A DNA stretch of 64,000 bases, from assembly GCA_051874735.1 (NCBI GenBank), contig JBJEGD010000031.1, positions 159,759 to 223,758 of the forward strand, in the 5' to 3' direction. The number at the start of each line of letters is the position of its first letter. Position 1 is the first letter of the stretch. Shown here in pieces: positions 48,388 to 55,293 of this stretch. A program made the position numbers and the translations under genes. The DNA is from Candidatus Bruticola sp. Lineage in GTDB: Bacteria; Vulcanimicrobiota; Xenobia; Xenobiales; Xenobiaceae. Below the pieces are notes generated by a model, which saw nothing but the letters and a program-made list of their open reading frames with translations, made no database searches and was not told the origin of the DNA.

Positions 48388-49004
48388 TGAAATTCAACTT
48401 TTTGCCCAAAGAGGACAGCTTCTTCCAACAGTTTGAGCGTCAGGCTACTTTTGACAGGGATGCTGGAGCTATGCTGCTCAATCTTATGAAAGATTTCGAT
48501 AATATGGGTGTTCACTTAGAGGCTCTCAATGAATTGGAGCGCCAGGGCGACCACGTTGTTCACGAAATTGCCAGGGATATTGCCAAAAGTTTTGTTACTC
48601 CTATTGACCGTGAAGATATTCACGCTTTGAGTTCTAATTTAGATGACATTCTCGATTTTATCCAATCTTCTGCCGTATGTATGGTAACTTATCAAGTAGA
48701 CAAGCCTACTGAAGCGGCTTTCCGCTTGGCTGAAATTATCAAAGAAACTACAGAAGTTATGTACCAAGCTGTTGAGCGCTTGATAGCCTTAACTGACGTC
48801 AGTGATTTGCGCCAACGCATCAAAGATTTAGAGCATGAAGCTGATGCCGTAGATCAGAGTGCTGTAGCCGATTTGTTTAAAAATGAGAAAGATGCTATTG
48901 AAATTATCAAGTGGAAAGAAATTTATTCCAGTTTAGAGACGGTTACCGATAAGTGTAAAGACGTAATGGATGTTCTAGAGAGTATTGTCCTGAAATACGC
49001 TTAA
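48387..49004 (+). CDS. DUF47 (PhoU-like, Pit-accessory) protein
   Basis: LERQGD, FVTPIDREDI, LDDILD, EHEAD, IKWKEIY..LETVTD. Confidence 0.9.
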   Translation: MKFNFLPKEDSFFQQFERQATFDRDAGAMLLNLMKDFDNMGVHLEALNELERQGDHVVHEIARDIAKSFVTPIDREDIHALSSNLDDILDFIQSSAVCMVTYQVDKPTEAAFRLAEIIKETTEVMYQAVERLIALTDVSDLRQRIKDLEHEADAVDQSAVADLFKNEKDAIEIIKWKEIYSSLETVTDKCKDVMDVLESIVLKYA

Positions 49005-49050
49005 ATTAGGAAATGTAGTTTATAGACCTAGAACGGCCTGTACATTATTA

Positions 49051-49097
49051 AAAAATCCTCTGCTGAATCATATTTTACAGTCTCAGCAGAGGATTTT
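49051..49097 (+). terminator. Terminator after the DUF47 gene
   Basis: AAAATCCTCTGCTGA..TCAGCAGAGGATTTT. Confidence 0.75.
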
Positions 49098-49114
49098 CTT
49101 GTTCAGACTTTTAT

Positions 49115-49250
49115 GGAGGGGGAAATTTACCTTGTAACAAAGTAAGATCCCCTATGGGGATGAGGTTTGTCTAAGCAGAATTCCTTCCTTATTGGCAGTT
49201 AGGAAGTGGCTGCAGGCGGCTGATATCTTCAACTGAGGCCGGTTGGAGGT
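49115..49250 (+). promoter_or_regulatory. Candidate structured 5' leader with an SD-sequestering hairpin
   Basis: Consecutive helices found by eye; the last hairpin ATCTTCAACTG/CGGTTGGAGGT contains the SD. Confidence 0.5.
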
Positions 49251-49259
49251 TAATCTGTT

Positions 49260-49880
49260 TTGAAAAGAATTGTCTTGGGGGCTCTTGTTTGCCTGCTCAT
49301 TTCCGGCGGATGCAAAGCCGATTCTAAGGTCGGCAGTGCTTATCTAGGAGCAGAACCTGAAGTTAACTCAGCTCTTCAGGAATCTAATAATAATGCGCTC
49401 ATTAGTCAATCCCAATCGGAGGTTAGAAAAACTGTGGCTAAAAATCCTCGCCAACGCCGTTACGGTCAAAGATCGACGCAGGTTACTTTCCTGCTTCTTA
49501 CCATTAAAAATGCCGACACTCATGAGCAGGTCAGAGCAATTATTGACAACAATTTATGGCTAGAACATGCTGCTGAGTTAAATATTCCTACACAGTTTCC
49601 CGATTATGCCGAGTATATGGCAGCTCACGATCAGGACGCATTTGTGTTGCCTAGTCGGCTTTTTGAAAAATTTAAGGCTGGAGCTTTTGAAGAAGACAGT
49701 AAGCTGCAGATCCTTAGCGATCAAGATATATTGGATCGTTATTTCCACGAAATAGGGCGCAGTTTTGTGGCTAAAGAGTTAGATGCGCGCTCTAACAGAG
49801 CGCTGATAGGGAATTTACTGGAACGTAATTTCTTTGTCTTTATTGACTGTGAATCTGGTGCGCTTACCGTAAAACCTTAA
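49260..49880 (+). CDS. Hypothetical lipoprotein
   Basis: MKRIVLGALVCLLISGG-C lipobox-like; GGAGGT SD with TTG start. Confidence 0.7.
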   Translation: MKRIVLGALVCLLISGGCKADSKVGSAYLGAEPEVNSALQESNNNALISQSQSEVRKTVAKNPRQRRYGQRSTQVTFLLLTIKNADTHEQVRAIIDNNLWLEHAAELNIPTQFPDYAEYMAAHDQDAFVLPSRLFEKFKAGAFEEDSKLQILSDQDILDRYFHEIGRSFVAKELDARSNRALIGNLLERNFFVFIDCESGALTVKP

Positions 49881-49991
49881 TTTTTTCTAAAAAGAAAATA
49901 TATTTTTTCTAATTATTGGACTGGTCATTTGAGCTCTTAGTCGTGAATTAATAAACAATATTTTTCATATATTTTTAAAGAGGTATCCGTT

Positions 49992-51740
49992 ATGAGTGTA
50001 GGTGCTGTAAACAATACGGTTGATAAAGTTGCAGAGCGTGTTCGTGAAGCTAAGGTTGGCTCTAATTTTGCCTCTCTTCGCCATCAACAAATTAGCTCTA
50101 AACTGGAAGGTTCTGCCGGTCATGATAATGTAAAAATTTCCGAGCGGGCCAATGCGCTCAATACCGGTTTTAAAGCTGATGCTTGCAGTCAGGAGCGTTT
50201 AGCTGAATTAGAAGAAGATATGGCAGTTGAGGCTTCCTCCTCAGAAAGTTCCTCGCCTTTCACTTTGACAGATGCCTCCGCTTATGAGCCCGGATCTGAC
50301 GTCGCTGAGTTGGCTTATAAAATGCTGGGTGAACGTGATCGCGCTCAAGCTGATATTAGCGAAATTCTTGTACTTAAGGCCTCCGATAAGGATAATAAAA
50401 TTAATATCTCCAGCGGCCAAGATGGCTCGATTATCGTCAATGTTGATGGTCAAGAACAGAAGTTTAGCGCTGCTGAAGCGCGCAATCTGATTATTGACGG
50501 AGGCGATGGCGATGACATAATTTATGCCGATGATAAGGTGAAGAATAACCTTTATGTCACTGGTGGATACGGCTGTGACAATATTCAGACCGCCAAGGGC
50601 AACGATATGGTGTACGACAACTACGGAGCTAATCGTATTAGCACTAAAGGCGGCAGCGATACCGTAATTGCCAATCAGCTCGATTATATGCCTAATGAAC
50701 ATAGTCAAACTGTCAAAGATGAACGCAGTTTTTGGCAAAAAATTGTGGATAAATTTAACGGTCAAACTTTTCAAGAGCGTACCGTCGATGGTAACATTAT
50801 TGATGGCGGTGTCGGAGACGACTATATTGAGGGCGGTTTGGGCAGTGATTATATCAATGGCGGAGATGGCGGCGACGTAATTTACGGCCTAAACGGAAGC
50901 GATTACATAGAAGCTGGGCGAGGTAACGACTACGTAGACAGCGGCCGCGGTGACGACACGGTCAAGGCTGCTTATGGCGATAACATAGTTTTCGGTGGTC
51001 GTGGTGACGATAATATTACCGTGGGCAAAGGAGACAATGTTGTGGCTGGCGGTTTAGGAGCTGATGCCATTCAAGCTGGTCAAGGGCAAAATAAGATTAC
51101 CGTCGACAGTGCTGACAGCGTAAAAGCTGGCTCTAAGAGTACAGTTTCTACAGTTGAATCAATAGATATCCCCGATAATATTACAATAAATGCCAACGCT
51201 TACTACACAGATGCTCCGCAGACGGGACATTTAGGCAATAGCGGTTTTGAGACTCGAATTCAGTCCGATCTCGATGCATTAGCTTCTATAGAAACTGGCC
51301 AAAAGATGCTCCAGGCCTTGGCCGCTCAAGGTCATGACGTCAATATTGTCGGTACTGATTCCGGAAATTACTGCTCTTATTGGCAGACTGGCATGCTCAA
51401 TTATGATGGCAGTGCTGGCAGCGGTTCTTCCTCCACAATAGCAGTAGATCGCTCCCGAATTATGATCAGCTACGACAATTGGGGAAAACGGCCTCCTATT
51501 GTAGGTATGTATCATGAGATGGCTCATGCCTACGATGCCGGAAATGGTATATTGGATGGTCGTGTTTTCAGCTATGGCGGCAGACAGTTAGCTAGCGACA
51601 GCGGTGAGGGGGTTAAAGCTGCCGAACTTCAGGCAGTAGGACTGGGAAACGTAACTAACCAGGTGCAAATGAATCCTGATGGAGTATCGGAAAATGATTT
51701 GCGGGCTGCTTTGAACTTAGCTCAGCGCGATAGGTATTAG
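49992..51740 (+). CDS. RTX-type Ca-binding repeat protein with C-terminal M91 (NleD-like) zinc metallopeptidase
   Basis: More than 10 GGxGxDx-type repeats; RIQSDLDALAS..GQKML, RPPIVGMYHEMAHAYD, ELQAVGL, SENDLRAALNLAQRDRY. Confidence 0.85.
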   Translation: MSVGAVNNTVDKVAERVREAKVGSNFASLRHQQISSKLEGSAGHDNVKISERANALNTGFKADACSQERLAELEEDMAVEASSSESSSPFTLTDASAYEPGSDVAELAYKMLGERDRAQADISEILVLKASDKDNKINISSGQDGSIIVNVDGQEQKFSAAEARNLIIDGGDGDDIIYADDKVKNNLYVTGGYGCDNIQTAKGNDMVYDNYGANRISTKGGSDTVIANQLDYMPNEHSQTVKDERSFWQKIVDKFNGQTFQERTVDGNIIDGGVGDDYIEGGLGSDYINGGDGGDVIYGLNGSDYIEAGRGNDYVDSGRGDDTVKAAYGDNIVFGGRGDDNITVGKGDNVVAGGLGADAIQAGQGQNKITVDSADSVKAGSKSTVSTVESIDIPDNITINANAYYTDAPQTGHLGNSGFETRIQSDLDALASIETGQKMLQALAAQGHDVNIVGTDSGNYCSYWQTGMLNYDGSAGSGSSSTIAVDRSRIMISYDNWGKRPPIVGMYHEMAHAYDAGNGILDGRVFSYGGRQLASDSGEGVKAAELQAVGLGNVTNQVQMNPDGVSENDLRAALNLAQRDRY

Positions 51741-51752
51741 ACTACAACTTAG

Positions 51753-51791
51753 AAAAAACGGGGCTATTCGTAGGAGTAACCCTGTTTTTTT
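51753..51791 (+). terminator. Terminator between the two RTX-M91 genes
   Basis: AAAAAACGGGGCTATTC..GAGTAACCCTGTTTTTTT. Confidence 0.7.
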
Positions 51792-51957
51792 CTTTTTATT
51801 TGTAAATTCTTTATTAAAAATATTATTACAAGCTTGTCTGTACAAACTAAAGTCGTGAATAGCAAAGAAAATGTCTGCCTTCGCGGATAGGAATATCGCT
51901 TTTGTAGGGCCGATATCTTCTGCGCGGCTGACCGTGCGAACGAGGTTTTTTTAGCTT

Positions 51958-53637
51958 ATGAGTATGATTTCTGTTTATAAAAATATCGAGAAATCAGCTT
52001 CTTACACGCAGAAGCAGGAAAGTAGTTCTATAAAAAGCGGAACTTCCACGTTCGTTAGTGCCAAGAACATCGATTCAGCGTCTGCATCTGATAAAAGTAC
52101 CACTACCGGAACTAGTGCTTCTTTCGGTTGCACCTTATCAGAAGATGTCAGTCTCTCTTCAGAAGCTTCTAAAATTAGCCTGAGTGCATTCAGTAAAAAG
52201 AGCGAGCCTTTTGTTATGACAGATGCTTCTGCTTATCCAGAAGGCTCCGACGTCCAGGAAATGGCGTATGCTATGGCTGGTGGAGACGACCGCAGTAAAG
52301 TCGATTTGAGCGATTATACTGTGCTTAAGGCTTCTGCTGCTGACAACCAAATCCACATTTCTAAGAGTGACAGTGGCGGTATTATTGTCAATGTTGACGG
52401 CCAGGAGCAAGAATTTACAGCGGCTGAAGCGCGTAATTTAATTATTGATGGAGGATACGGCAGCGACAATATTGTCGCTGATGACGACGTCAAATCGGCT
52501 TTATATATTGTAGGAGGCCGAGGTGACGACAGTATCACTACTGGTCAAGGCAACGATATAGTTTATGATAACTATGGAGCTAATACTATTAGTACCAACG
52601 ATGGTAACGATACCGTAATCGCCAATCAGCTTGATTATAAAAATGGTACAGCCTCTAAAGAAGATACCCGCAATGTCTTCCAAAAATTGTGGGATAAAAT
52701 TACTGGCAATGATGAATACGAACATGCTGTCAATGGCAATATTATCGATGGTGGCGCCGGCAGTGATTATTTAGAGGGCGGTTTTGGTGAAGATTCAATT
52801 AACGGCGGTGCAGGCAACGATGTAATATACGGTCTTGACGGCGGCGATAAGCTCGCTGGAGGAGACGGCGATGACTATATTGATGGTGGCCGCGGCAATG
52901 ATTCTATTAGTGGCGGCAAGGGGACCGATAGGCTTTTCGGCGGCCGCGGCGATGATGCTATCAGTGGTGGAGAGGGCGACGACGTCATCGCCGGAGGACT
53001 AGGCAAAGATACTGTTAGCGGCGGTGCAGGCGCAAATAGTATCACTGCCGATTCCCAAGATATTGTCAGTGTCGGCAATGAAGGCAGCGTTAGTTATCTT
53101 GAGTCGGTAGATGTGCCTAAAGAAATTAGTATTCAGGGAAGTGAAGCTTATAAAGCCAGAGTTCAGTCCGATTTAGATACTTTAGCTTCTATTGCTCCCG
53201 GTCAGGCTATGTTTAACGGTATCGATAAAAACGGTCGCCAAGTGACGATTAAGAGTGTCGATGGCGGTAATGTCTGCTACTATAATGGTAAAACTGCTGT
53301 CTTGAAAGAGGACGGTACTGCTAATTCCGGTTCCGATTCTACTATTGTTTATAACCGCTCTAGAACTAACATCGGTTATAGCGCTTGGGGAGAGCGTCCC
53401 CCTATTGTGGGCATGTTCCATGAAATGGCCCATTCTTACGATGCCGGTGCCGGTATTTTAGACGAACGACTTTATAACTATGATGGTACTAGAGCTGAAA
53501 GCGGCGGCGTCAAAGCTGCTGAGTTACAGGCGGTGGGTTTAGGAGAAGTCACCAGCGAAGTACAGATGAACCCGGAGGGTATCTCTGAAAACGATTTGAG
53601 GGCGGCCTTAAATTTAGCTCGGAGAGAACGTTACTAG
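51958..53637 (+). CDS. Second RTX-repeat/M91 metallopeptidase paralogue
   Basis: Same architecture; RPPIVGMFHEMAHSYD, ELQAVGL, SENDLRAALNLARRERY. Confidence 0.85.
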   Translation: MSMISVYKNIEKSASYTQKQESSSIKSGTSTFVSAKNIDSASASDKSTTTGTSASFGCTLSEDVSLSSEASKISLSAFSKKSEPFVMTDASAYPEGSDVQEMAYAMAGGDDRSKVDLSDYTVLKASAADNQIHISKSDSGGIIVNVDGQEQEFTAAEARNLIIDGGYGSDNIVADDDVKSALYIVGGRGDDSITTGQGNDIVYDNYGANTISTNDGNDTVIANQLDYKNGTASKEDTRNVFQKLWDKITGNDEYEHAVNGNIIDGGAGSDYLEGGFGEDSINGGAGNDVIYGLDGGDKLAGGDGDDYIDGGRGNDSISGGKGTDRLFGGRGDDAISGGEGDDVIAGGLGKDTVSGGAGANSITADSQDIVSVGNEGSVSYLESVDVPKEISIQGSEAYKARVQSDLDTLASIAPGQAMFNGIDKNGRQVTIKSVDGGNVCYYNGKTAVLKEDGTANSGSDSTIVYNRSRTNIGYSAWGERPPIVGMFHEMAHSYDAGAGILDERLYNYDGTRAESGGVKAAELQAVGLGEVTSEVQMNPEGISENDLRAALNLARRERY

Positions 53638-53703
53638 TGTGATAATCAATTTTATCATGCACTTAATAGTCTGATAATTGTATTGTCAGGTTATTACGTT
53701 GAG

Positions 53704-53740
53704 AGGCGGACATCTATTCAAGGTAGTGTCCGCCTATTTT
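53704..53740 (+). terminator. Terminator after the second RTX-M91 gene
   Basis: AGGCGGACA..TGTCCGCCT followed by ATTTTT. Confidence 0.7.
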
Positions 53741-53922
53741 TATGCATTAATATTTTAACATTTATATATAGTTATATATGCAACTTGAAAAATATACCTA
53801 ATTTTAGTTTAAAACTATATAAATTTGCGATATTTGTGCTATAATCTCCGCAGGCATTATTGAATGCGATTTATTGGTTCGATAAAAAATTGCGCCACAT
53901 AGTGTTAAGGAGCAAATGCCGG

Positions 53923-55182
53923 ATGCGTTCTTTCTCTTATTCTCGCCCTTTAGGAAAAGAAGTTTGCAACATTTCCACAAATCTTTTCCGATTAGTAAAC
54001 GCTGTTCATGAATACAAGGGTAAGCAAGACGTTGTCGATGATATCGCTCCAGCTGTACTTGCCGATCTGCCAACTAGCACTATCCTGAAAAATGTGGAGT
54101 ATTTCTGCTCTAAAACTCACGGCATTGATGAACTTACTGACGATGAGCATCAGAAGCTGGAGCAGGAACTTAACGATCCTGACTATTTTATTAAAAAGTA
54201 CAATCCTGCTCCTGTAGATGCGGAACTTACTGCTCAAGAGGAAAGATGGCTACAGATAGCTTTATTCGCTAAAGCTTTTTTGCGATTACGGGAACCTGAC
54301 AAGTTTGAGTTGTCGGTCAATTCGATTGCCGATCTTTATCGTTCGATTACTCCTCGCGAGATCGATTATAGAAGTATTTGGCCAAAATTTAAAGACCACG
54401 GCAGTGTCTTTTACGGGTCACTTATGGAACGCGATAACGGGGCTCGTTACTTACAGGTGCAAAGTTGCGGGTTCCCTCTGTTAGCTCGCAATGGCGGTGA
54501 TCGCGATCTCGGCGGAACGATTATTATGCAAGGCATATCCGCTCGAGATGTAAGGTTGGCCCTTTCTGACGCTTGCAGCAGTTTCTTGGAGGTTTCGGAT
54601 TATTACGATCCTTTAATCCTTATTCCTAAGTTTATTGTCGATTTTTTATGCATAAGCCCGTTCAACAGCAGCTTCGGCAATTTACTCGTTGCTCAATTCT
54701 TGGTAATGATTCTGTTAGCTAAAGCTGGGTATCCGGTTTATCGTTATATCAGCTACGATCTTACTTCCGATCGTTTAGGAGGAAATGACGCTTTTAACTC
54801 AGCTTTTCGCGAGAGCATCAGTGGCTGGCATGTAGGCAACAATGATTATTGCCCATTTACTGAGTATTGTTTGCGTCATTTATCTTTGGCTTTCCGCTAC
54901 TTCTTCTATCGGCTACTGCCCTTAGGAGGACGTGATCGCAAAGCTAAGTGCATAAAGGCACTGTTCTATAATGATGAGGTCGTTCTGACTAAGAGTGCAA
55001 TTCATGATCTCTGTTACGAAATAAGCGTGCCGACTATTGAATCTGTTTTAGGAAAATTAAGTGGCGAGTGTGGTTTTTTGGAGAAAATTGGCAAAGGACG
55101 CAATACGGCTTATCGAAGATGCAAAGGCGCTGTTGATAATCATGACACAGGTTACGACTCGTTAGGTGAAGATTTGCTTTAG
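53923..55182 (+). CDS. Fic-family protein with degenerate active site and C-terminal winged helix
   Basis: MRSFSYS start after AAGGAG; DPLILIPKFIVDFLCISPF; SISGWHVGNNDYCPF; TKSAI..EISVPTIE..LEKIGKGRNTAY. TGnTATAAT at 53837-53845. Confidence 0.75.
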   Translation: MRSFSYSRPLGKEVCNISTNLFRLVNAVHEYKGKQDVVDDIAPAVLADLPTSTILKNVEYFCSKTHGIDELTDDEHQKLEQELNDPDYFIKKYNPAPVDAELTAQEERWLQIALFAKAFLRLREPDKFELSVNSIADLYRSITPREIDYRSIWPKFKDHGSVFYGSLMERDNGARYLQVQSCGFPLLARNGGDRDLGGTIIMQGISARDVRLALSDACSSFLEVSDYYDPLILIPKFIVDFLCISPFNSSFGNLLVAQFLVMILLAKAGYPVYRYISYDLTSDRLGGNDAFNSAFRESISGWHVGNNDYCPFTEYCLRHLSLAFRYFFYRLLPLGGRDRKAKCIKALFYNDEVVLTKSAIHDLCYEISVPTIESVLGKLSGECGFLEKIGKGRNTAYRRCKGAVDNHDTGYDSLGEDLL

Positions 55183-55239
55183 TCTACTTTTTGTTGGCTG
55201 TTTTATAATCTGCCTATTAAGTCTTATTTTATATAGAAA

Positions 55240-55277
55240 AAATATGCCCTGCTTCCTTGTGGAAGCAGGGCATATTT
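55240..55277. terminator. Bidirectional terminator
   Basis: AAATATGCCCTGCTTCC-ttgt-GGAAGCAGGGCATATTT perfect stem. Confidence 0.8.
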
Positions 55278-55293
55278 GTCTTTTTAGGATAAG

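Noticed and set aside
51909-51916. GCCGATAT as a sigma-28 -10 box
   Set aside because: No TAAA at the expected distance upstream, the box is absent before the first paralogue, and the bases are explained by a hairpin.
5450-55277. Long intergenic inverted repeats (5450, 21185, 37369, 55240) as MITE/REP elements
   Set aside because: Their sequences are unrelated to each other and each lies at gene 3' ends, consistent with terminators.
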